A stretch of 57,133 nt of DNA, from NCBI GenBank assembly GCA_013360565.1, contig JABWBI010000001.1, forward strand, positions 1-57,133, given 5' to 3'. Shown here in pieces: positions 1 to 9,172 of this stretch. The stretch is from Candidatus Sumerlaeia bacterium (GTDB taxonomy: Bacteria; Sumerlaeota; Sumerlaeia; JABWBI01). The notes beneath the pieces were generated by a model. That model did not search any database. It saw nothing but the letters and a program-made list of their open reading frames with translations, and was not told the DNA's origin. The translations under genes and the position numbers were made by a program. The first letter of the stretch is position 1, and each line of letters opens with the position of its first letter.

Positions 1-121
1 GGGGCTTGGGGGTCTTGGGCGATGAGTGCATCGGGACACCTCCAGGATGGGTTTGGTTCTACCCCAAACCGGTGTCCAAACAAACCCTGGGGCGGGAGAA
101 CCCCAACCACCGCTCGTATTC

Positions 122-1477
122 TCATTGAGTCGCACCTCCGTTCGCCATCAGCGCCAGCCGCGACCGCAGGAGGGCAGTGTCCGGGTCCTCCGCGTGACGG
201 CTCTCCAACGCCGCGACAGCGAGGCGGTATCCCTCCAAGTCATTGGTCCGCTCGCACGCTGTCGCGTAACACACCGCAGCCGAGAGATCGGGCTGAAGGT
301 CGTCGATCCAGATACTGGGATCGATCTCCAGAGCCATCGCCGGCAACAGCACGCCCTTGGCCGCATCGTCCTGCTGGAGGATCATCAGGCACATGCCCTG
401 ACGGATGAGCGCCGCGCACCGCTCGGGCTTCAGGGTCTCGTCATCGCGGAGCTCCGCGTCGATCCGGCAGGCCTCGGCGAGCGCCCCATCCACGTCCCCT
501 TCGTAGAAGAGTGATTCCATCACTGCGAGTTCGATCCAAGCCCGGGCCTGACGTTGCCGTGCCGTGTCACTACGGATTCCTGCCAGAGCACGCCGGGCAA
601 CCCGCCGGGCTTCCTGCATCGTCCCGAGACCCGCCCCAGCCGTGTTCGGCACGAGGAATGGCATGACCCCGCGAGTGATGCGAAGGTGAACCCGAACGAT
701 CTCAGCGTCACACACCGCCAAGTCGTCGTCATCCTGCAGTGCTCCGCGCAGATCACGGAATGCCCGGTAGGCCTCCTCATGGCGACCGGCGGAACGCATC
801 ATCTCGGCGGCATTCCAGCAGGCCCGAAGTCGTTCCGCTGGCTCAACGGGCTGCTCGCCGCGAGCCACCGGGAGGAGCTCGATCAGCGCTCTTGTGGGGA
901 GATCGCGCAGTGAAGGATCACGCACTCTCGCTCTCGCCATGCCAGAGCCCTGGCTCAGCACCGAGCTGGCGGGACCATCGGGCGTGACAGCCAGCCGGAC
1001 GCAGGCACCTGCAAGGCCGCCCAGCGGTGGCAGATCCTCCATCCTGACCTCGCCATGCCAAAGCTGGGCCGGGGGACCGAAGGAGAACTCACCCAGGCGA
1101 AATTCAGAAGGAATCTCTCCGCGGTAGTCCGGAGGCGCGCCGGGATCATTCACTGCCAAGTCCACGACCTCCGGCCCGCTGGAAACCCCGGCCTCGGCGA
1201 GCCCTTGCCGATACATCCGGGCCTCGACCAGCGAGTCAAACCGGCCGAATTGGATCCGATATGCCGGTGGGTCTTCGACAATGAAGACAGGCGTGTGCCC
1301 ACCCGACTCGACCTCGCGCCGCTGCGCCTCTGCCCCCGCTTGGTCGAAGTGGGTTCCCAGCCGAATTGAGTACCATCCGGTCGCCTGTCCGGAGGCGTCG
1401 TTGGCGAGCTGTGCTCGCGCCCCCAAACACAGGAAGGTGACGGCCGGGATCGCCCATCCAGCGGCTGCAGGTCTCAT
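122..1477 (-). CDS. Secreted protein: signal peptide, SPOR-like domain, C-terminal TPR-like helical repeats (function unknown)
   Basis: 451-aa ORF with ATG at 1477. The N-terminus MRPAAAGWAIPAVTFLCLGARAQ looks like a signal peptide. WYSIRLGTHFDQAGAEAQRREVE...YRIQFGRFDSLVEARMYRQGL resembles a SPOR peptidoglycan-binding fold. The rest is helical-repeat-like. Family call is by eye. Confidence 0.6.
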   Translation of the reverse strand: MRPAAAGWAIPAVTFLCLGARAQLANDASGQATGWYSIRLGTHFDQAGAEAQRREVESGGHTPVFIVEDPPAYRIQFGRFDSLVEARMYRQGLAEAGVSSGPEVVDLAVNDPGAPPDYRGEIPSEFRLGEFSFGPPAQLWHGEVRMEDLPPLGGLAGACVRLAVTPDGPASSVLSQGSGMARARVRDPSLRDLPTRALIELLPVARGEQPVEPAERLRACWNAAEMMRSAGRHEEAYRAFRDLRGALQDDDDLAVCDAEIVRVHLRITRGVMPFLVPNTAGAGLGTMQEARRVARRALAGIRSDTARQRQARAWIELAVMESLFYEGDVDGALAEACRIDAELRDDETLKPERCAALIRQGMCLMILQQDDAAKGVLLPAMALEIDPSIWIDDLQPDLSAAVCYATACERTNDLEGYRLAVAALESRHAEDPDTALLRSRLALMANGGATQ

Positions 1478-1553
1478 GTGACTCGATGCTCCCGCGCATC
1501 ACATTGTTCTCAGTTACCCCCCCCGCTATCTGTCAAGAGCGAAATGAAGCAGG

Positions 1554-3227
1554 TCACAGGGTGAGCTTCCTGTACTTCGACCGGCGGTTGGTGAAGGCCC
1601 TGTCGCCGAGCTCGGCGCGCTTGGCCTCCTCGTAGTCTTTGAAGTTGCCCTCGAACCAGCGCACGCGGCCATCGCCCTCGAAGACGAGGAGATGGGTGCA
1701 GATGCGGTCGAGGAAGAAGCGGTCGTGACTGATGATCATCAGGCAGCCGCTGAAGGAGTTGATCGCGTCCTCGAGCATGCGCAGCGCGTTGACGTCGAGG
1801 TCGTTGGTCGGCTCGTCGAGCAGGAGCAGGTTGCCCCCGCGGCGGATCAGCTTGGCCAGGTGGACGCGGTTGCGCTCGCCGCCCGAGAGGTCGCCGACGC
1901 GCTTCTGCTGGTCGGTGCCGCGGAAGTTGAACTTCGACACGTAGGCGCGGCCGTTGATCTTCTTCGTGCCGAGGATCAGATCCTCCTGCCCGCCGGTGAT
2001 CTCCTCGTAGACCGTCCGGCCGGCTCTCAGCTCCGTGCGGTGCTGATCGACGTGGGCCATCTCGACCGTCTCGCCGATGACAACCTCGCCGGCGTCGGGC
2101 CTCTCCTGGCCCGTGATGAGGCGGAAGAGCGTCGTCTTGCCCGCGCCGTTCGGGCCGACGACACCAACGACGGCGCCGCGGGGCAACGTGAAGGACAGAC
2201 CGTCGATGAGGACATTGCCGCCGAAGCCCTTCCGGACGGACTTGAAGTCGACGACCGTGTCACCGAGGCGCGGGCCGGGGGGAATCTCGATCACCTGCTG
2301 GTCGTCGCTGACGGCGCGCGCGTCCACGAGGAGGCGCTCGTAGTCCCTGATGCGCGCGTGGCTCAGGTCGTGGCGGTCCTTCGCGCTCATGCGGATCCAC
2401 TTGAGCTCGCGGTCGAGGGACTTGCGGCGCGACGACTCGCGCTTCTCCTGCTGGGCGAGGATCGCCAGCTTCTGCTCAAGCCAAGCGCTGTAGTTGCCCT
2501 CGAAGGGGATGCCCCGGGCACTCTCGAGTTCCAGGATCCACTTCGTGATGTTGTCGAGGAAGTAGCGGTCGTGGGTGACGATGATCACCGTCCCTGGATA
2601 ATCGCGCAGTTGCTCCTCGAGCCACTCGACCGTCTCGGCGTCGAGGTGGTTCGTCGGTTCATCGAGCAGCAGCAGATCGGGCCGCTCGAGCAGAAGGCGG
2701 CAGAGGGCCACGCGCCGGCGCTCGCCGCCGGAGAGGGTCGACACGTCCTGATCGTCTGGCGGCAGGACGAGCGCGTCGGCGGCCACGTCCAGCGCGCGGT
2801 CGAGCTCCCACCCATTGACGGCATCGATGGCATCCTGGAGTTCGGCCATCCGTTTCATGGCCTTGTCCATCTCCTCGTCGCTGAGGGGCTCGCCCATCTT
2901 GGCGGTGATGGCGTCGTACTCCTCGAGCAGGCGCTTGGTCTCCGCGAAGGCCAGCTCGACGTTCTCGCGGACCGTCCTGGCGGGGTCCAGCTCCGGCTCC
3001 TGGGGGAGGAATCCCACACGGACGCCCTTGTCCGGCTCAGCTCGGCCGTCGAACTCACGGTCGATCCCGGCCATGATACGCAGAACGGTCGACTTGCCCG
3101 ATCCGTTGTCGCCCACGATGCCGATCTTGGCGCCGGGGAAGAAGCACAGATTAATGTTCTCGAGCACCTTGCGCGGCCCGTACGACTTGTTGAGCCGAAG
3201 CATGGTGAAGATGTACTGCCCTGCCAT
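1554..3227 (-). CDS. ettA: ABC-F ATPase, energy-dependent translational throttle protein EttA
   Basis: Near full-length colinearity with EttA: MAGQYIFTMLRLNKSYGP..., two Walker A motifs (GDNGSGKST, GPNGAGKTT), two LSGGERRRV/LSGGERNRV signatures, and a C-terminal FEGNFKDYEE. I start at the internal ATG at 3227 (557 aa) rather than the track start at 3296. An AGAGG Shine-Dalgarno lies upstream. Confidence 0.93.
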   Translation of the reverse strand: MAGQYIFTMLRLNKSYGPRKVLENINLCFFPGAKIGIVGDNGSGKSTVLRIMAGIDREFDGRAEPDKGVRVGFLPQEPELDPARTVRENVELAFAETKRLLEEYDAITAKMGEPLSDEEMDKAMKRMAELQDAIDAVNGWELDRALDVAADALVLPPDDQDVSTLSGGERRRVALCRLLLERPDLLLLDEPTNHLDAETVEWLEEQLRDYPGTVIIVTHDRYFLDNITKWILELESARGIPFEGNYSAWLEQKLAILAQQEKRESSRRKSLDRELKWIRMSAKDRHDLSHARIRDYERLLVDARAVSDDQQVIEIPPGPRLGDTVVDFKSVRKGFGGNVLIDGLSFTLPRGAVVGVVGPNGAGKTTLFRLITGQERPDAGEVVIGETVEMAHVDQHRTELRAGRTVYEEITGGQEDLILGTKKINGRAYVSKFNFRGTDQQKRVGDLSGGERNRVHLAKLIRRGGNLLLLDEPTNDLDVNALRMLEDAINSFSGCLMIISHDRFFLDRICTHLLVFEGDGRVRWFEGNFKDYEEAKRAELGDRAFTNRRSKYRKLTL

Positions 3228-3411
3228 GGTCAGCGCCTCTGTTCCGTCAGGATCGGCCTGACAGCGAAGAGAACCCCCACGGCGGTGGCAAGCCAAAAGG
3301 GGCGTCCGGAGCCGATTGACACGCCAGCACCCTTTCGACTACAAGCGGCGGCACTTTTTGACCGCGCCGTTGTCCAACCCGGTCAACACCCCCTCAGGAG
3401 CAATTGCCCCC

Positions 3412-3756
3412 ATGATCCGTCTCTCCCTTGCCGCCGCGGCCTTGGCCGCTCTCACTTCCCTGGCGCTGGCCCAGGAGCCCGCCGCCACCGAACCCGCCGC
3501 GACAGAGCCCGCGGCCACCGAGCCTGCCTCCCCCGAGGCCGCTTCGTCCGAGGCGACCGCGCAGGTCATCAACGAGACCTGCCCCGTGATGGCTGGGCGG
3601 CCGGTCAACCCGGAGGTCTCCGTCGAGTATCAGGGCCAGACCGTGTACTTCTGCTGCGCGGGCTGCCCGGCGGCCTTCCAGGCCAACCCCGAGCAGTACC
3701 TCGCGAGCCTCCCGCAGTTCGCGGCTTCCGAGGCCGAGACGGCCCCGACGAACTGA
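3412..3756 (+). CDS. Secreted YHS/TRASH-type metal-binding domain protein with Pro/Ala/Thr/Glu repeat linker
   Basis: ATG at 3412 is preceded by AGGAG (3396-3400). Signal peptide MIRLSLAAAALAALTSLALAQ. C-terminal CPVMAGRPVN...TVYFCCAGCPAAFQANPEQYL matches the YHS/TRASH cysteine pattern. The track start at 3316 is a TTG and adds a non-hydrophobic leader. Confidence 0.75.
   Translation: MIRLSLAAAALAALTSLALAQEPAATEPAATEPAATEPASPEAASSEATAQVINETCPVMAGRPVNPEVSVEYQGQTVYFCCAGCPAAFQANPEQYLASLPQFAASEAETAPTN
3475..3534 (+). repeat. Four imperfect 15-nt tandem repeats encoding (E-P-A-A-T)n inside the YHS protein
   Basis: gagcccgccgccacc / gaacccgccgcgaca / gagcccgcggccacc / gagcctgcctccccc, in frame, giving EPAATEPAATEPAATEPASP. 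Confidence 0.85.
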
Positions 3757-3780
3757 ACCGCTCGCAGACGCGGTGAGACG

Positions 3781-3817
3781 CGCCGCCGGTCTTCGAGGCC
3801 GGCGGCGTTCTCTTTCT
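3781..3817 (+). terminator. Intrinsic terminator downstream of the YHS gene
   Basis: GC-rich hairpin cgccgccggtc-ttcga-ggccggcggcg (3781-3807) is immediately followed by the T-rich tract ttctctttct (3808-3817). Confidence 0.6.
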
Positions 3818-3898
3818 GGCCCCCCCGCCTTCCCCGAATTCCCTTGAATTCACCCGGAACCCCTCAGAGGGTCGTGCGCTCCGCGCCGAGCCGCCGCC

Positions 3899-5323
3899 AT
3901 GCTCTTCAACTCTGTCGAGTTCTTCCTCCTTCTCGCCGTTGTCCTCGCGCTCTGCCGCGTCTTGCCGTTTCGTGCCCAGAACGCCCTGTTGCTCGTGGCG
4001 AGCTACGTCTTCTACGGATGGTGGGACTGGCGCTTTCTCTCGCTGCTCTTCGCGTCCACCGTCCTCGACTACCTCTGCGGCTGGAAGATGCACCACACGG
4101 AACACGTGCACCGCCGCCGACTCTATCTCTGGTGCTCGATGGCGGGCAACCTCGGCATGCTCGGCGTCTTCAAGTACTTCAACTTCTTCGCCGAGTCGTT
4201 CGCCGAGGTGCTCCGCGCAGTCGGGCTCCAACCGTCGTCCGTGACGCTGGACATCGTTCTCCCCGTGGGCATTTCGTTCTACACGTTCCAGACGATGACC
4301 TACACGCTCGACATCTTCCGGCGACGGCTGGCACCGACGCGCAACTTCCTGGACTTCGCCCTCTTCGTCTCTTTCTTTCCCCAGCTCGTCGCGGGGCCGA
4401 TCGAGCGGGCGGCGGCGCTGCTCCCCCAGATCGAGCGGCCCCGGCGCGTGACGGCCTATCAGATCCAGAGCGGCCTGTGGCTGATGCTCTGGGGTTTCTT
4501 CAAAAAGATCGCCATCGCCGACTCCGTCGCGCCGTTCGTCGACGAGGCCTTCCACGGCGCGGGCAATCTCGGATGGCGTCCCCTGCTCGGAGCGCTGTAT
4601 CTCTTCTCCATTCAGATCTACTGCGATTTCAGCGGATACTCGGACATCGCCCGCGGCACGGCCCGGCTCCTGGGCTTCGAGCTGATGGTGAACTTCCGCC
4701 GGCCGTACTTCGCCACCGACATCCGCGAATTCTGGCACCGCTGGCACATCTCGCTCTCCACGTTTCTGCGCGACTATCTTTACATTCCCCTCGGAGGCAA
4801 CCGGCGAGGCCGCCTGCGCACGGATGTGAATCTGATGACCACAATGCTCCTCGGCGGACTGTGGCACGGGGCGAACTGGCGGTTCGTCGTCTGGGGCGGC
4901 CTGCACGGCATCTATCTCGCCGTCGAGCGCGTCCTGGCTCAGTGGCGACTGCTGCCGGCGGCATCGCCACCGTCTTTCCGCTGGCTCTCGGCAGTGTTGA
5001 AGCTCCTCTGCCTTTTCCACCTCGTGGCGCTGACGTGGATCTTCTTCCGCGCGGAGACGATCGGCGGCGCCTTTGCCATGCTCACCCAGATCGTCACCCT
5101 CGCCGACCCCGAAGGCATCAACTCCGCGACCAACCTGCTCCGGGCCGCCTTCTACGCGTCTCTCCTCCTACCGCTCGACCTCCTGCAAGAACGGGCCAAG
5201 ACAGAGGAGCCCTTTCCGATGCGCTGGCCCGCGCCGCTGGCCGGACTGCTGGCCGCCGGCATGATCTCCCTGCTCCTTGCCCTTGGCGGCGAGGCGCAGT
5301 CGTTCATCTACTTCCAGTTCTGA
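3899..5323 (+). CDS. MBOAT-family membrane O-acyltransferase (AlgI/DltB/PatA-like)
   Basis: 474-aa polytopic protein. The N-terminus MLFNSVEFFLLL...YVFYGWWDWRFL is typical of AlgI-type MBOATs. It also has FWHRWHISLSTFLRDYLYIPLGGNR and GLWHGANW, which includes the conserved His. Confidence 0.9.
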   Translation: MLFNSVEFFLLLAVVLALCRVLPFRAQNALLLVASYVFYGWWDWRFLSLLFASTVLDYLCGWKMHHTEHVHRRRLYLWCSMAGNLGMLGVFKYFNFFAESFAEVLRAVGLQPSSVTLDIVLPVGISFYTFQTMTYTLDIFRRRLAPTRNFLDFALFVSFFPQLVAGPIERAAALLPQIERPRRVTAYQIQSGLWLMLWGFFKKIAIADSVAPFVDEAFHGAGNLGWRPLLGALYLFSIQIYCDFSGYSDIARGTARLLGFELMVNFRRPYFATDIREFWHRWHISLSTFLRDYLYIPLGGNRRGRLRTDVNLMTTMLLGGLWHGANWRFVVWGGLHGIYLAVERVLAQWRLLPAASPPSFRWLSAVLKLLCLFHLVALTWIFFRAETIGGAFAMLTQIVTLADPEGINSATNLLRAAFYASLLLPLDLLQERAKTEEPFPMRWPAPLAGLLAAGMISLLLALGGEAQSFIYFQF

Positions 5324-5327
5324 GCCG

Positions 5328-6590
5328 ATGATGGATTCACCCCGCCCCCTCGTTCACCCCCCTCCCCCGCCCTGGCCGCGGCGCAGGCTCTGGGCCTTTC
5401 TCCTCTGGACGGCCATTGGTCTCGCCGCTCTGGAGGGACTCGCGCGGCTTGCCGGCTTTCCCCCCACCGAGGAAGCCCGGACCGTGACGGACTGGGAGGT
5501 GGGCTGGCTCTATCGCCCCCACTTCGAGTGGGTGATGAACGGCTGGAACCCGCGCATCCCGGACAGGGTGATGAGAATCAACTCCCGCGGTCTGCGGGGT
5601 GAGCGCGACTATCCCACGCCGCGGGAAGACGGCGAGATCCGCGTCCTCTGCCTGGGAGACTCCAACACCAACCAGTATCACACCGACGCATGGCCGGAGT
5701 ACCTGCAGCGGCTGCTGGAAGCGGCCCTGCCGGGGCGGCCCGTCTGGGTTCAGAACGCCGGCGTCGCCGGCTTCACCACGGACAACGCGCTCGCGCTGGC
5801 CCGGCGTGAACTCCCCGCCTTCGAGCCCGACTTCGTCGCCCTTCTGGTCGGCGTGCACGACATGATGATCGTCAGCCGTCCGGCGAGCGACGAGCCGCTG
5901 CTCCCCCCGCTCGGCGAGGTCATGGGCCACGTCTCACAGCTCAGCGCCTTCACCCACTGGATTCGCGCGCTCGCGTACCAGGAGGCTCTCCATCCGCTCG
6001 GCGGCAGGCCGGCCGATGTCTATGCCATCACCACCGAAGACCCCGTGCACCGCGTCCCGCTGGACCGGCACGCCCAGAATCTCCGGGAACTTGCCGCGGT
6101 CTGCCGTGATCACGGCGCGACGCTGATTGTCATCTCCACCGCATTCCGGCGCCCCGAGGTGACGCGGAATCTGAATGGCGCCGGCTACGCCGCCACGGCG
6201 AACCGTGTGGCCGCCGAGAGCGGCGCCATCGCGATCGATCTTCTTCCCCACTTCGAGCGGCCTGACCGCGACTCTCTCTTCCTGTACTCGACGCTGGGCG
6301 ATTGGGAGACCGATCCCGGTTTCCTCGACGATGTTCACTTCAACGGTCGCGCCAGCGAGTTCACGGCGGCTCTGGTGGCCCAGGGCATCGCCGATCGCCT
6401 CGCGGACGAGTCTCCCGGAAGTGAAATCCGAACCGACGCCATCGCCCGCGCGATCAGCTCTTTTGCCGCCCCTTCGCCCCCCGGGGGAGACGAAAGCCGG
6501 GTGATCCCGCCTGCTTGGTTCCTGCAACAGCAGGAGCGGGGTGCGATTTCGCCCGGGAGAGACTCTGTCCCCTCGGCCCCGCTCATGTAA
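5328..6590 (+). CDS. SGNH/GDSL-family hydrolase or acyltransferase, membrane-anchored, partner of the MBOAT
   Basis: ATG at 5328 lies 4 nt after the MBOAT stop. N-terminal TM segment LWAFLLWTAIGLAALEGLA. Block I is IRVLCLGDSNTNQY (GDS), with late FLDDVHFN (DxxH-like). The track start at 5277 overlaps the MBOAT gene. Confidence 0.75.
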   Translation: MMDSPRPLVHPPPPPWPRRRLWAFLLWTAIGLAALEGLARLAGFPPTEEARTVTDWEVGWLYRPHFEWVMNGWNPRIPDRVMRINSRGLRGERDYPTPREDGEIRVLCLGDSNTNQYHTDAWPEYLQRLLEAALPGRPVWVQNAGVAGFTTDNALALARRELPAFEPDFVALLVGVHDMMIVSRPASDEPLLPPLGEVMGHVSQLSAFTHWIRALAYQEALHPLGGRPADVYAITTEDPVHRVPLDRHAQNLRELAAVCRDHGATLIVISTAFRRPEVTRNLNGAGYAATANRVAAESGAIAIDLLPHFERPDRDSLFLYSTLGDWETDPGFLDDVHFNGRASEFTAALVAQGIADRLADESPGSEIRTDAIARAISSFAAPSPPGGDESRVIPPAWFLQQQERGAISPGRDSVPSAPLM

Positions 6591-6672
6591 TTCCCGGCGC
6601 GTGCCGATTCCTCTGGTGACGGATCGACGCCGATCCGTCTCGTGGCTCTTTGCTGGAGGATTGGGACGCCGC

Positions 6673-7602
6673 ATGCCCGCCAATGTGATCGAGGTGCAGG
6701 ACCTGGCCGTGGAGTACGGCAGGGGCAAACGCAGGTTCCGGGCTGTCGACGGCGTCACTTTCCGAGTCGCCGAAGGCGAATGCGTGGGGTTCATCGGTGC
6801 CAACGGCGCGGGCAAGTCGAGCACGATGAAGGCGATCATGGGCTTCCTCTTCCCGGCCGCGGGCCACGTCCGCGTGTTCGGCGAAGACGCCGGCACTGCG
6901 CGCAGCCGTCAGCGGATCGGCTATTTGCCGGAGGTCGCGCTCTACTACCCGTTCATGAAGGCGCGCGAGCTGCTTGAGCTCTATGGTGGGCTCAGCGGTC
7001 TCACACGCGTGTCGCTGCGAAAGCGGATTCCCGAGATTCTCGACCGTGTCGGCTTGGCCGGGCGCGCGGAGTCGCTTCTCCGCGACTTCTCCAAGGGCAT
7101 GCAGCAGCGGCTGGGCATCGCCCAGGCGCTCATCGCTGACCCGGAGGCGCTCATTCTCGACGAGCTCTCGTCCGGACTCGATCCGATCGGCCGGCACGAT
7201 CTGCGCGACGTTCTGATGGAACTCAGGCGGCGCGGGCGGACCATTTTTTTCTCCTCCCACGAGCTCACCGAGGTCGAGTCCCTCTGCGACAGGGTCATCA
7301 TCATCCACGGAGGAAAGATCGTCACTCAGGCGACCGTGGCGGAGCTCATGCGCCCGCTCAGCGAGATCGAGATCTCCTTCGTCACGGGCAACGGCTCGTC
7401 TCTCCCGGCGTCACTGACGGCCCTTCGCCCCCATGTCGCTGACGGGCATGGGACGTTGATCGTCGACAGCCCCACCCGCTGCGCCGAGGCGATTCTGGCC
7501 CTCTCCGGGGCGGGGTGCCAGGTCCGCCGCACGTCAACCCGCGTCCGCTCTCTCGAGGATCACTTCATCGAGCTTGTCGGCGCGACCCGGCGTGCACCAT
7601 GA
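6673..7602 (+). CDS. ABC transporter ATP-binding protein (ABC-2 type system)
   Basis: MPANVIEVQDLAVEYG..., Walker A GANGAGKSS, signature FSKGMQQRLG, Walker B LILDELSSGLD, H-loop SSHEL. I start at the ATG at 6673. The upstream part of the track ORF is Arg/Pro junk. Confidence 0.9.
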   Translation: MPANVIEVQDLAVEYGRGKRRFRAVDGVTFRVAEGECVGFIGANGAGKSSTMKAIMGFLFPAAGHVRVFGEDAGTARSRQRIGYLPEVALYYPFMKARELLELYGGLSGLTRVSLRKRIPEILDRVGLAGRAESLLRDFSKGMQQRLGIAQALIADPEALILDELSSGLDPIGRHDLRDVLMELRRRGRTIFFSSHELTEVESLCDRVIIIHGGKIVTQATVAELMRPLSEIEISFVTGNGSSLPASLTALRPHVADGHGTLIVDSPTRCAEAILALSGAGCQVRRTSTRVRSLEDHFIELVGATRRAP

Positions 7603-8381
7603 CTGTGAAGCCAACCCTCCTCATCGCCAAGTCGGTGCTCATCGAGGCCGTGCGGCGCCGCGAGGTGTATGCGGTCGTCCTCGTCTCCACGTTGCTCATC
7701 GGCCTCGTGATGACGGTGCGCTTCTTCGGCCTCGAAGGCCTGTCCAAGTTCTACCGCGAGATCGCGCTGAAGGTCATGGGCATCGCCACCGCACTGACGG
7801 TCGTGGTCCTCGCGTCCCGGCAGCTGCCCCGGGAGTTCGAGACGCGCACCATCTATCCGCTCTTGGCGAAGCCCATCAGCCGGACCGGTTTCCTCCTGGG
7901 CAAGCTGCTCGGGGTCCTGCTCGGGGCGGGCTTCTGCTTCGCTCTCTTCATGGCCGTCTTTCTCGCCGGCACCTGGGTCCTCGGCGGGCGGGTGCCCTGG
8001 GTTCTCTTCCTGCAGCACGTCTACCTTCAGATGCTCATGCTGCTCGTCCTGGCCACTCTCTGCTTCTGGCTCTCGATGATCCTCCACCTCGACGCCGCCA
8101 TCACCATCGGAGTGCTGCTCTTCCTCCTCGCTGCGACATTCACGACGGTCACCAGCACCCTCTATGACTTCGCGAGCCCCTTCGGCCGTGCTCTGATCGT
8201 CGGTCTCACCTATGTCATCCCGCAGCTGGCGCTGTTCGACCTCTCCGAGAAGGCCGTTCACGGCGAGGCCTGGGAGCCCCTGCGTCTGCCGGTCATGGCC
8301 GCCCTGACCGCCTATGCGGCCGTGTACACGGTCATCCACTTCTCCTTGGCGCTCCTCTCCTTCCGGAGGCGATCCCTGTGA
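7599..8381 (+). CDS. ABC-2 family permease (NosY/COG1277-like), paralog 1
   Basis: ATGA overlap with the ATPase stop (7599-7602). Six predicted TM segments. It shares the motif QLPREFETRTIYPLLAKPISRTGFLLGK with the next gene. Confidence 0.8.
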   Translation: MTVKPTLLIAKSVLIEAVRRREVYAVVLVSTLLIGLVMTVRFFGLEGLSKFYREIALKVMGIATALTVVVLASRQLPREFETRTIYPLLAKPISRTGFLLGKLLGVLLGAGFCFALFMAVFLAGTWVLGGRVPWVLFLQHVYLQMLMLLVLATLCFWLSMILHLDAAITIGVLLFLLAATFTTVTSTLYDFASPFGRALIVGLTYVIPQLALFDLSEKAVHGEAWEPLRLPVMAALTAYAAVYTVIHFSLALLSFRRRSL

Positions 8382-9172
8382 TCGCGACCATCCCCGTCAC
8401 CCCCGCCAGAGCCATGAGCCTCATCGGCCGGGGTGTGTTCATCGAACTGCTTCGGCGCAAGGACGCTTACGTCCTCCTGGTGCTCGTGGGGCTGCACGCA
8501 TTGGCCGTCTTGACGGTGAGCATCGTGGGCGTTCAGAACCCGGCGACGGGGACCTTTCTTCTCAACCTTGGGCTGACACTGACCCATTTCGCTTCCCACC
8601 TCCTCGTCATGCTGCTGGCCGTGCGCCAGATCCCTGCGGAGATCGACGGGCGCACGCTCTACCCTCTCCTCGCAAAGCCGATCGAACGTCGCACCTTCTT
8701 GCTCGGGAAGTGGAGCGCGTGCACGGCATGCGGCGCAGGAGCGCTGCTGCTCATGGTCGTGCTGGTCTGGGTCCCGGCTCCGAAGCTCGAGGCCTACAGC
8801 CTGGGACTGCTCGCACAGGCCCTTGCGCTCCAGACCGTCTCCCTCGGCCTCGTCGCTGCAGTGAGCCTGCTGCTCTCGCTCCTGGTCCCCCGCGGAGTGG
8901 CCCTCGTCGCCGTGTGTCTCACTGTGTTCCTCGGGGACAAGGTCGCTTCGCTCTCTGCGGCGCAGGCGGCGGACAGTCCGTTCGAGCGCCCGCTGCGGTG
9001 GCTGCTCGCCTACGTGCCGGACTTCTCCAAACTCGATCTCTTCACCCGTCTGACCGATGGCATTGCCCCTCTCAGCGTCGCGGCCTTCACCGGCCTCGCC
9101 GCGTGGGGCGCTCTCTGCACGGCAGCGGCGCTGGCCCTCAGCGCTCACCTCTTCGAGAGGCGCGCGCTGTGA
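8378..9172 (+). CDS. ABC-2 family permease (NosY/COG1277-like), paralog 2
   Basis: GTGA overlap with the preceding stop. Motif QIPAEIDGRTLYPLLAKPIERRTFLLGK is clearly paralogous to 7599-8381. Polytopic. Confidence 0.8.
   Translation: MIATIPVTPARAMSLIGRGVFIELLRRKDAYVLLVLVGLHALAVLTVSIVGVQNPATGTFLLNLGLTLTHFASHLLVMLLAVRQIPAEIDGRTLYPLLAKPIERRTFLLGKWSACTACGAGALLLMVVLVWVPAPKLEAYSLGLLAQALALQTVSLGLVAAVSLLLSLLVPRGVALVAVCLTVFLGDKVASLSAAQAADSPFERPLRWLLAYVPDFSKLDLFTRLTDGIAPLSVAAFTGLAAWGALCTAAALALSAHLFERRAL

Noticed and set aside
1692-3776. 694-aa plus-strand ORF
   Set aside because: It is antisense to the unambiguous ettA gene. The translation is Arg/Ala/Gly/Asp/Leu-rich with no motifs, the typical shadow ORF of a high-GC genome.
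3605-5331. Long ORFs 3605..5020(-) and 3844..5331(+)
   Set aside because: Both overlap the MBOAT gene in antisense or alternative frames. They have Arg/Pro/Gly-rich low-complexity translations, while the MBOAT frame has clear family motifs.
8314-9168. 5' extension of the 633-aa track ORF
   Set aside because: It overlaps ABC-2 permease 2 in another frame and translates to Arg/Pro/Gly junk. The real gene starts at the GTG at 9169, coupled to the permease stop.
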